DNA of 64,000 nucleotides from Raillietiella orientalis (Eukaryota): NCBI GenBank assembly GCA_036172245.1, contig JAYWIR010000029.1, positions 2,356,001 to 2,420,000 of the forward strand, read 5' to 3'. Shown piece by piece: positions 25,701 to 36,556 of this stretch (position 1 is its first letter; each line of letters starts with the position of its first letter). The notes under the pieces were generated by a model. It saw only the letters and a program-made list of their open reading frames with translations, ran no database searches and was not told where the DNA came from. The position numbers and the translations under genes were made by a program.

Positions 25701-26899
25701 TCCTCGCGCACCCCATGTTCTCGCATTCTTCTCGCGTCCTTGACGCCCCGCCGCCGCCTCCGCCCTCTCTCGTCCGGCCACAGCTGACCCGCAGACCGCC
25801 GCATCTGCTCCTCCCTCATTCCGCCGCCGCCGCGTCCGCTCCTTCTTGCTGGAGCGTCCCCTGACAGACGCGCTAGGAGGTGCCGCCTTCTGCGGATGGC
25901 AGGAAGAGGGGAAGGTGGCTGCCAGCCGCCGCCATGCTGGAAGACGTCCAGTCCTAAGGCCAGCGTTGAAACGCCGCTCAGGTGCGCACCCCACCGCAAA
26001 CCGCTCTCAGACCCCACTCGTCGTCTCGTCACGACATCAGCGGCCGCTGCCCAGGGTCCCACGCGTTGGAGTCGGCTGAAGCGTTCGGTGCGGCTTCCAA
26101 GACTGCCGCTGGGGGTGGCCGTCCTGCCCGCCTTCCCGACTCTCAGGGAGCCAGTCTGATGGGGGAGAAACCTAAGAGCCTTCCTCCCATCCTTTTCCGG
26201 ACCTCCCCTTGCTTCCTCATTCCCCCACCGGATGCCCAGATCACGTCCCCACCGAAGAAGATTCCTTTTCCTCCCAGAGGCGCCACTGCCGTTGCCCGTT
26301 TCGCCTGACCCGGCGCCGCAGGCACCGAGCAGAGTGTTTCACCTGACCCTTCGCCGGAAGGCCTCGTCTTCGCGGCGGGGAATTCTCTCTCGTCCGAATG
26401 CCACCCCACGGTTCGACCGAAAGGGTGGAAAGGCAAGCGAGAGGGAGATTCGGGAAAAATGGGACGCGGAGGGGCACAGTGACATAAGGAGAAGCGCTGG
26501 ATGGTGGCCGGTGGGACCAACCTGAAGGACGCTCTTGACTCCTCTCCCCTCTCTTCCGTGATACAGACGATACGGAGGAAGAAAAGAAGAGGCAGCGGGA
26601 AGATCTCGGGGGCTGGGGTCCCCTCTGGTAGCCCTTTTCGAGGGAGAGTCTTTTCTTTCGCCCTCCTCCTACTTGTGAGTTCGGCGGGTGGGAGTGGGGG
26701 TGAAGCAGCTTCTCTTTCCCAGCGAAGCTCTCCCGTTTTCTCTCCTCCTCGACACCCTCGCTCTCATTTCCCATCTTCCCCCTTCTCCCTTGACGACTGG
26801 AGTCCTCCCTCCGTTCCTCCCTCCTTGCCTCCGGAGCTCCCCGCTGCCGACTGCCCTCGTAGGAGAGAGAAGGCCGCTGCAAGTGCTCTCTTCCTGGGA

Positions 26900-29220
26900 T
26901 CGGGACGCACGACATCCGAACGACATCCCCGAAAAAACCTTCCTCTCTTTCTTACCCTTTCTCCTTTTGGGTGTATCAAGGAGAGACCTTCCGCGTATCG
27001 TTTCCAGGAGGCAAAATCAGGCCTTCGGGGCGAATCCCCTCGCCTCCAGATAACATGGGTGGGGAGAAGGAGAGGGAGAAGACTGACACTCGAGCAGGCG
27101 TTAGCGAGCCATAAACAGGAGCGGCAGGGAGGGAAATGAGGAGGAGGAAGATAAAAGAGGAAGAGGAGGAAGAGGGAGAGAGGAGGAGAATGAACAAGAA
27201 GAGAGTAAAAGGAGGAAGGGAGAAGAGAGGAGAGAAGGAAGAGACAACAGAGAGAGGAGGAAGAGAATAAGAGGTTTCTCCGTGACAGCAGCTGACCCCA
27301 GCTCTCTCGGAAAAGAACGTTTCCGCAGCTGGCTGACCGACGCCGCTGCCGTCTCGGATGAAGAGCGCAGGGTTCGCAGAAGGGAAAGGGGCTCTTCTGG
27401 AAGCCTTCCCCCCCCTCACTTGTCAAAGATCCTTCAGGGGGCGGGAGAAACACTGCTCGAAGGGGGTATCCGATCCATTAGGGGGTATCCGAAAGAGGGT
27501 CCGCACTAGGTCACACAGACAAGATGGCTGTTGGGATCGTCGTCGCTGGACAAGCACAGGTCGCCGGTGTCGGGTCGAAGCGACTAGGGTGGCGAAGGGG
27601 GCGAATGATGGCAGGAAAGGGCGAAGGAAGGAGAACCGGGTGCCCTTCTCTCCCTCCTGGAAAGTTCCTCCCTTGCCCCAGTTTCCCTTGGGAGGCGGGA
27701 GGGACTTCCATTTCCTTCCACAGGCACGTTTGCAAGTCCCCTTTTCGGGGAGAGGTCGAGTCCGGGACGCTTCCCTCTGGCAATGCTGGCAGGAGCGGAA
27801 AATGCTGTGTCTTGCCTGACTCAACGTCTTCCAGGAATTTGTCTCTGTCTGCATCTCTTCTGTGTCTTTCCGCGATGCAGAGCTTTCTTTTCCTCTCCAG
27901 CGGAGGCGGCTCCAGGGTCCCCACGTTCCTCAGAATGGCTGGGGGCAGTTCAGGAGGGAGGCAAGGGAGGGAGGCACTTCTGCTGCAGCAGCGATGTGGG
28001 CGTCCGGTGGACTCGCGGGTGCAGCACGTGCGGCAAGCATACGGGCAGTGCGGTTTTTTTCCGAGTGGGGGTCGCAGAGATTCCATAGCCGGAGGGACGC
28101 TCGTCAGCTGTCGGGGAGAGTGGACAGACGGGAGAGCGTCCCGGCTGTTCCTGCGCGGCGCAGATCGATAACGGAATCCAGATGTTCCCTGATTCCCCCT
28201 GTCTTCACGCAGGATGCCCGCGCCTTCTTGGAGAGCGCTCATTCGCGTGGAAGGAAGCTCATGCGCGTCGTTGGCTAAGGGGGGTAGACCTGCCCGAAGA
28301 GGAGGCAAGCCACGAAAAGCTGTGATCCTCCCACCGATGTGATCTTCGAAGAAGAAGAAGCGGTCCATCTTGGCAGCAGGCGATCTCCGTCCGTGGGGTA
28401 AGCTGCACATCTTCCTGTGCTGGAGGGAAAGCTGACGTCGTCGCATCGGACCGGCTCCCTTCGAGCAAGCGGCGCCCGCAGCAGTTTTCTACACCGAGAA
28501 TTTTGGTGTGGAAGTCATCAGGATGCCCGTGCACCAGCTCTTGATGGTCGTCTCAGAGGGTGAATGCCATCCTCCTAGAGACGAATCAGCGGTTCTCGCG
28601 CTCGGAGTTCACCCGTCCGGGGACCTTCATCCATATAAAGCGGGTCTTTTGCGAAGTCGACGCTTCCGAAGCTTCCAGAATGCGAACGCCTTCCTACAAA
28701 ATGTCTCTCGCCCCTCCTCCCGCGCGGCAAGGGCTTCATCGGAACGACCGTCATTCTCACTCGTGACCATCAAGGTGGAGCTGGAAGCTATGCCCACCTT
28801 CCCCGAGCTTTCGAGCCGTCGGCTCTCCCTTAGGGCTCCCTGCTCCTTCACGGAAGCAACGCGCCAGCCCCGGAAACACGGGGGAGCGGAACCATCTGCC
28901 TCGAGCATTCCTATGAATCCTGGATTCCGTCCCGTTTCCCGTAGTGGAGCTTTTGTCTCCTTCCCCAGAGTCTGCTTGAGATCTCGCCACCATCGAACAG
29001 CGCTCCAACCTCTCTTCCTTTTTGCCCTCAGAGGAGAGGACGCTATTTTTTTTTTCTTGCGATCGTTGCACACACAAACACCCATTTTCTCTAAGGCAAG
29101 CTGGAAGATGTATCATGTGAAGCGCTTCCGGTTATATATAGAGTTCCACGCAGGTGATGGAGCAACTAGCTTTCAGCTTGCTCATGATGGGGTGAAATTT
29201 GGAGTCTTCCCGACTTGAAG
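26900..29220 (-). mobile_element. Degenerate L1/Tx1 ORF2 (APE and start of RT)
   Basis: SSGKVGIASSSTL....DGR (GV.I...GR), AKMDRFFFF (SRIDRF), SPRKGDL (PKKGD) in order on the minus strand. Confidence 0.55.
27125..27272 (+). repeat. Polypurine (GAG/GAA-rich) tract
   Basis: About 150 nt of almost only G/A. Similar tracts at ~25050-25097, ~49320-49385 and ~49725-49810. Confidence 0.85.
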
Positions 29221-30929
29221 ATGGAGAAGTCCCGAGAGTCTGCCGTAAAAAAACATTGCGCGGAGCTTGCAGCGTTTCCGAGCAGTTCCTAGTCGGGACC
29301 CTGGAAACTCCCCGAAGGAACGGATTTCGTTCAAAGCTGCGCTTTAACGGACTTTAATTTATTTATTTATTTTGAGATTGCCTCCATTTTCATCCGGTTG
29401 TCTGCATCACATCCGGCGCGCAGAGGTTTTCCTTTGTCGACGCAGAGTAGCGAACGATTCCCGTGCCGTCCCCAAACCAGACGGTTTTTCGTTTCGCATG
29501 GAGTTTCCCTCTGGAGGTATCCCGTGTGGCTTTGAGCAGGGTCGCCACCGGAGTTAGGCGATGTCGAATCACTGCTGTGTCAGCTGCATTGCCAATTTCC
29601 AATGAAATAGTAAATAAATGCGTTCGCGCATCTCCCATGGGTGATGTGGAGGTCACGTGTGCGCTCTTGAGACGGTAACACAGGGTACGTTCGTGTATCG
29701 CTTCTCTGCCCTTTGGCTAAGATCAAAGTGTATTTATTTGCAAAGATGGTGATGCTCAGCAACACAAATAAATTGCATGGGTAAAGCACACACTGCAAAT
29801 CATGCAACATGCATGCGTTACAAGTTATGGCAAAGCACGTAGACGCCACTTGTCATGAACTAGTGTTAACCATGTCATGTGTTATGCATTAGCGTTTTAT
29901 TAGTGTTTCCTTAACGCCAACACACTCATCTGTAGCATACGCCATTTTCTGCCTAGCTCTTCAAAGCATGATGGTATACGTGATGCACATTTGCATTGCA
30001 CCGCAACTCGAGGTACAGTGTACGTATTTAAAAGTGCCACAAGTGTACATAACACATGTTCCTTCTCCAGGGAAAAGAGTTCAGGAGTAGTCGAAGATTC
30101 AGTGTCATTTGGACGAGTTGCTGGCGGAAGATTTGTTTGTTCGTTTACATGTCGATTTGCCAAGTGTTTCAAGAAAGTGAATCGATAACCTTAGGAGGAG
30201 AGTTTTCTTCGCCAAGAAGTTTGGTGTCGAAGTTATCAGCATGCCCGTGCACCGACTCTTGAGAGTCGTCTCGGAGGGGGAACTCCATCCTCCTCCTAGG
30301 GAAGAATTCATCTCTCCTTCCCGCACAGATTTTCCCTGAGGTGCACTTTCCTCTTTAGAGAATGCGGGCAAGTCAATATTCACGTGTGCATTAACCCGGA
30401 CTTTGGCAGCTATTCCCAGTGTCTGTCTCCATTGTGATGCCAGGTTGGTTTCCAAACAGCTCAGACATATTAATCGTGGCTAATTGCATCATCCAAGAAA
30501 AATCTTGAAACTGAGTTCAGATTATCAACATTACAATCGAAAACGCCCTTGAACAGAGCTTCAGAAAAAAGTTCGCCTGTTACCATGCATACTGGAGAGC
30601 ATTCGCTGGGACGCAGCAACTCAGCCGATGCATCAAGAATAGTTAAATTTATCTTGGATTCGAGACTTTCAGCAAGTTTTCCACCTTTTCGGTGAACATA
30701 TAAGAGCGGTTTTCCGAAAGCGCAGAGCAGTGGTACCAAAGCAAAATAAACTAGCACGCCATCTTTCCGTAGTGTTAAAAACAAACCACGAGAAACTGAG
30801 CCAGAACTTCAGGGTATCCAATAAATTTTCGTCAGAAGACATTTAGTGCTTCATTTATATCCGGGAAGATCAATTTTCGCTCATGAGGGAAATTCATGCA
30901 CTTAACAGCAGTGCTTAGCACTTTTCGTG

Positions 30930-30947
30930 TATATATATATATATATA
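30930..30947 (+). repeat. (TA)n microsatellite
   Basis: About 9 TA units. Confidence 0.9.
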
Positions 30948-33900
30948 GGAAAAACGAAAATTCTCTGATTTGCAGTTGCTTTTTTCAAAGGTCAACAGTA
31001 AACCATGACATCACGACAGAATCACTCTTTCTATATTGAGGGCTGCATCCTCTTTTGTTTCTGTCCCCTTATCGATTGACTATATTCGATTCCGTTTCTT
31101 TAGCTGGAGCTTAATTTGGGTTTCTAAGGAATCAACAGGATCGAATGGTTATGATACAGAAAAGTTCATCTTGCAGAAATTTCTGGAAAATTCAACTATG
31201 GAAAGTGAAGCAAAATTATAAAAAATATCTAACAACATTTACATTCTGCGCAGATAAAAACACCGATATGCTTCGAAAATTAGGAGCGACGCAAGTAGAT
31301 TCCCAGAGCCACCATTTCGAAAAGTGTTTAGAAGAATGCATTGCAGTCTCTGCAGGACCATGTCATGCAGGATTTAAAAACAGGATTTAGGAAGAACCCG
31401 CGGTACTGGAATTCAAAGGATCCAGTGACTTATGCAAGACGAATCTGAATTTCCTCAGGATGCACTTCAGCAGGCAAGGAATGAAGTTCAAAACTTCGAA
31501 TTAACATAAGTAGAACGAGCATAAGCAGCATCCAAATGCAAGCCTCATTCGGAAAACCAGATCATGAAAGAAGGAAAAACTGTTCAGTGGGGGGTAAGTC
31601 AGCACCACTTCGTGTTCTCACGTAAGCAGATCTATAAACTAGAGAATCGAAACGTAAGCAGAACGTGCAAATGCAAAACACTTCCAGATTTTCGTTCTCT
31701 TTCATTTTTCCTTTTTATTGAAGGGAATAATCAGGAACCAACGATGAGAACGTGTTCTGGGGGACATCGAACCCCGAACTATCACATATCACTCACATAT
31801 CATAAAACAGGTCCATTTTTTTTTTTTGTTTTAGGGTATCAAAATAGTTCTGCTCTTAAATTTTGAAGAGGCAGATTAGGAAAAAAAAATTTTCAGGTTA
31901 CATTCAGACCGATATGGTAATTAAAGCACAGTCACCTAGAGGGTTCTACAGCCAGTTGAAGCAGTGTGGAAACTATTTCCGTTTAACATATGAATGCACA
32001 CTGACTTACATAAAATAAAAAAAAATTAAAGCATTACATCCACCTAAGCCGCAATAAAGGGATGCTAAAAGCATTTGGGAAACTGAAACATCATCAGACA
32101 TAAGTCGGAATAAACAGGCATCAACTAATCGGTGCTCTTTGTCCGAATTGACGAACAGTTTTAGCAAAACGTTAAAATTTCATGTCTTTGAACAGGACCG
32201 AAAGTACTTGCCTAATATTGAGATTACATCATTCCCGCGTTTCAAGAAGTTTCGATACCTAATGCATTTTCGTTGAATTTTATCGTTCATTATGCTGTCC
32301 GTATGTGATTTACTTATCGTAAATCGTGATACATTTGCATATGATACAATTATTACATATGCATATGATAACTGTATCATAATAATTATTGAATGTGTTC
32401 TCAATGCACATTGATGGGAAAATTAAGAATACAAACTGTGTATTGTAATTGCAATTCTCTGCCATGCATATTCATTCCGTTGTGGACACTGTCACACTTT
32501 GCTTTAGCATTCACCATTTTTTTTCCATGTGACTTTGTCATTATTTGGGTAGTGTGGACTTTGTGTTTTGCTTGGTTATGGTCGATAAAGTCAGCGAGCA
32601 TAGCTAAAGCAGAAGCACATCATTATACAATAGAATTGAAAACTTTTTTCTCATCGCCTTATCGAAAAACAATCCTTGTGATGTTATTCATTCGAAAACA
32701 TAACTGCTTCCTAGCAAATAATTCTGCATGTTCAAAAGCAATCATCAGGAAAACATCCATTTATAAAAATACACCACATACGAATTGAAATGTGTTCAGA
32801 AAGTCAGTTTAAGCTCAAAGTAACCCTATTTATTTCTCAGGTTGCATGCTGACATTTTATGTAATAGATTTTTTCTTGTATTCTTTTTATGCTTCTATTT
32901 ATAAAAGCAGGAACACATTTTGGATAATTTGCTATTTGTAAAACCGTAAGAATTGCTGAGAGAACAAATGAAACATATTCTCTTTTCCAAATTTTTCAAA
33001 TTTCCTTTAAAAATTAGCAGCATTTACAATTATATGCTTGTTAATGGGAGTAATCTGTGTGCTTTCATTTTAGAATTTAATTAACTTCCTTACCCAATTT
33101 GGATGTATGTCTTAAGCGTTGAGCATCGATAATTTGAACTCTAAAAGTTCAGAAGTAATCAAGATAAATTTCGATTTACGAAATAAATATTTAATCTGTT
33201 TTTGGTGACTTCGTAGTTGAACCATCAAGTTATGCTATGTGTTACTTTATTGCTGTATATGGAATTTATAAAAAATATATTTCCAAGATTATAGAAACGT
33301 TTTGTACTTATTTTAAGGTAGTGAGAATGAAGATCTCAAGTTTTTCCTTTGGAATATATCGTTATGAATACTAGCCACAGCTATTTAAAAACTGACAATA
33401 AAAAATACTTAAATTCACAATTACAATTTTTTGCAATATGGCAATTTATTATGATGTCTTAACAAAAGTATGCGTAGTATCTGAGCCAAGTCTATCCACA
33501 CTACATGTTAAGTTCGTATGTGGCTTAAAAAACAAATTTAACTTAAGTAGTTTCTCAGTCAGTATATATTTGTCAGTATACAGGAAACTGTAAAAAGGTT
33601 CGTAAAATTCAAGAATCGTGCATGTTAACGCGCTGTTTTCTTTAAAATGCAGTTTGTTTAAGAAGCTTTTTAGAAGGCTTACAGAAGTCTTTTATTGAGG
33701 GATTAGCTTCCATTGCGAGGGAATAAGCCAAATGTCAGTAATACTAAATATGCCAAATGGGAATCACCGTATTGTATCTTAACTGAAAGAATTCATTCTA
33801 TTTTGTGTGGTGCATCTTCGGTTGTGTGATGTGTTTTTCGTACCAATTAATTGTTTCCATAGCATGTCATTTCATGTTTCGATTCCCGTAAATGTTAAGT

Positions 33901-34310
33901 TATACTTAATTTTATACTTAATGTGCCACTTTTCCATCGAAAAATTTGTAGCTTTATGATAATAGACTGTAAGTTCGTAAAAATTGAACAGTACTCATTC
34001 AGAAATAAATTTTCTAGACTCACCATTATAACCTATCAGTAATCTGATTTGCCATTTCTTATGCAGAGATAGTGGCTTTTGCAAGACATAATTCTTTGAT
34101 GAATTATGTTCCAACAAATAAAGTTTGGATCGACTTGAGAGTATATTTAAAAAACTTTTCAGAATGTATTTATTAGTTTTTTATTTTTGATTCAATTTGT
34201 TCAAAAAGATACTCCAAGTGTAGTACGAAATTATATTTCATTTCATTCCATTTGCAATTGCATGAAATTTCAAAGCTGTGTGTTTTGCAATTCAATTCAG
34301 TTAAAAAATT

Positions 34311-36362
34311 ATGGATGTGCTGCTACTGCTGATGAGCTCACTCATGTTGGGAGTGGTGCATTCACAAGACACTGGACTTGGTATCTTATCATTAGTCCAA
34401 TTAGGTGCACAACTTCTGAATGGAGTTTTATTTTCCAATGAATCGTATGGATTTCCAATTTTGCATAATATCTCTGTAGAATTTGGTACTAGTCATGATG
34501 TTTTAAGACAGTATGCCTACTTAAGCCGCCAAATCCGCTACTTGGAAAATGGATTAGGTGATGTGATGTCCACACTGAGACAACTGGAAAGCCATGTTAC
34601 AGGCCAGTGGCGCTGGGAAGCCACTGTGGATATTTTGGAAGGATACTTACGATCCCTTGATGTTTTTTATGAGCAATTTGAAGAATATGAACTTCATCAG
34701 CAGAAAGTGGAAGAAGAGACTCTCAAAGATTTTGCAGCTCAAGTGACAGCTCACAATGCTCATTCTGTGCGCCAGCTGCTTTGGAACATTCATGAACTTA
34801 CTGATTCACGGCTGACTAGTCGACCAGGTGTTTTTGCTCAACTCCTCGATCTTTATAAGGTAAAATTGAAGGTTTAGAATAAAGGTTTATCTTCCATGAC
34901 TTCATAGGCAAAGAAACCACAATGCCATAAATCACAGACAGCACAGCAACTACTTTATGGATTATATAAAAGAATAGCCCTAGCTGATGCCAAAGGTCAC
35001 ACTATACTACAGTTTGCATATGTTTTGCTGCGAGTTGGCCAGCCTAATAAATACAAGCAAGAAATCCAATTGGTACAGAGGCGGTATGAGCAGCGCAGTG
35101 CACTTAAGCTAAAGGCCCTCAAGAGTGTATTCTCCCAAATGCCCAGTGATTTGTGGTGCTGTGACCCTGCTGTTCATAATGAAAGTGAGACTTTTGTACA
35201 GCTAACTGATGTAATGTTGGCTTTTGTTGTGAATGAAGCTGATCTTAGTGAAGATAATTCCTGTGCTTTAACTTGTGGTGACTATCACTTAGCAGAAGAG
35301 CAACGGTGTTGGGACAATCCTAAGCAGAGATTGTGTGACATGCAGCGACCATGTCAAGGCAGAATTGTGGACTGTGAATTTCATGAATCGGATTTCACTT
35401 TGTGCATGGCACCACCAGGTTCACATCGTCGATATGATGGGATACATTTCCCAAGTGGTATTGTCTTTGGTGAAAGTAGGTCTTGTCTGAGACCCATTGC
35501 TGTGCAATCATGGTGGCGTTGGTTTGTGCACTGTTCATATTGTCTGTGCTATTGTGAGCAAGTAGGAAGTCCTGAAGGACATACTTTTAGCTTGCTTCCA
35601 TCAGTGACAGATGTTGCTTCCAATTACATTGTGACTGGAGTGCGCTTGAAGAAAGTCTCTGGAGTGATACATTTGGTTGTGCAAGAAGGATATGCCTTAC
35701 CTGAAGGTGAAGTGGATCCAGATACAGTACGATGGCAAACAGTGGATGATTTTAAAATATCCTCTCTCAATTCTTCCAAAGATAGCATTGTGTATATTAC
35801 TTTGGATTGGCAAACTCGTGCCCTTGATTTAGATGATCTTAAGGCACCAGCAGGGCATGTGGTTACAGGAGTGCAATTGCGCAGATTGGGTGGTCATTTG
35901 GGTCTCAGCATTCGGTGTACTCCAATTGATTTTTTCACAGGTCAACTGAGTGGCAACCTTAGTAATTGGAAAACTAGTTTACAAACTCCTGTACAAAATG
36001 TGCATCCACGTGTGGAACATGCCATCAGAAATACCAACATACCAACACGTTCTCACCTTCCTTCAATGTTAATGGCCACCCATAATTCCTACATTCGTTT
36101 TGGGCCATCATCCATTGATTTTGATGTGGGACAAACTGTGGTGCCATATCTTGATATACAGCCAGTTGCCTTGGACCCACCGGCTTGGGTTGCAGGAATG
36201 GGATTTTATTACAAAGGTGCTTCGAACTATGGAGGCTTTGTAGGATTGCGGATCCGTTCTTTCAATTTGCTACCATATTTGAAAATTCCCTCCAATAAAC
36301 GTATACGTCCCCCACCAGTTGAATATCGCATAATTCAATTACGATCAAATGTTACTACTTAA
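34311..36362 (+). CDS. Secreted DUF4803-domain protein, two exons (34311-34859 and 34908-36362), 667 aa
   Basis: ORFs 34311 and 35025 join in frame through a GT..AG intron at 34860-34907 (LDLYK|AKKPQCHKSQTAQQLLYGLYKRIALADAKG). N-terminal hydrophobic signal peptide MDVLLLLMSSLMLGVVHS. Family-typical segments: LWCCDP, TFVQLT, NEADL..CALTC, SWWRWFVHCSYCLCYC, IVTGVRL, LDLDDLKAPAGHVVTGVQL, DVGQTVVPYLDIQPV, YYKG..NYGGFVG. No internal stops. Family recognised from motif memory, not from a search. Confidence 0.9.
34860..34907 (+). other. 48-nt spliceosomal intron (phase 0) of the DUF4803 gene
   Basis: AAG|gtaaaa...ttcatag|GCA. Removing it restores the reading frame and removes the in-frame TAG ending at 34877. 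Confidence 0.88.
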
Positions 36363-36550
36363 AAAGAAACGAAATGTACTCCATGCTGCTTAATCTCGAT
36401 TTTGATGGAAGTTTTATGAAGAAAATATATTTTATATTCATAGTAACTGAGTAGAGCTTTCCTATTTGAATATAGAATACCGTAGAAATTAGTTTTTTCT
36501 TATAATGACATCTTCATCGAAACCAGGGTTCTAGATTATGCAATTTGGGT

Positions 36551-36556
36551 AATAAA
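36551..36556 (+). promoter_or_regulatory. Candidate polyadenylation signal of the DUF4803 gene
   Basis: AATAAA about 190 nt after the stop codon; the AT-rich context makes this weak. Confidence 0.3.

Noticed and set aside
29900..31600. Possible hAT-transposase or gene relic (KQNKLARHL on +; two ~110-aa ORFs on -)
   Set aside because: Single weak motif with no supporting Cys pair, DDE motifs or terminal inverted repeats.
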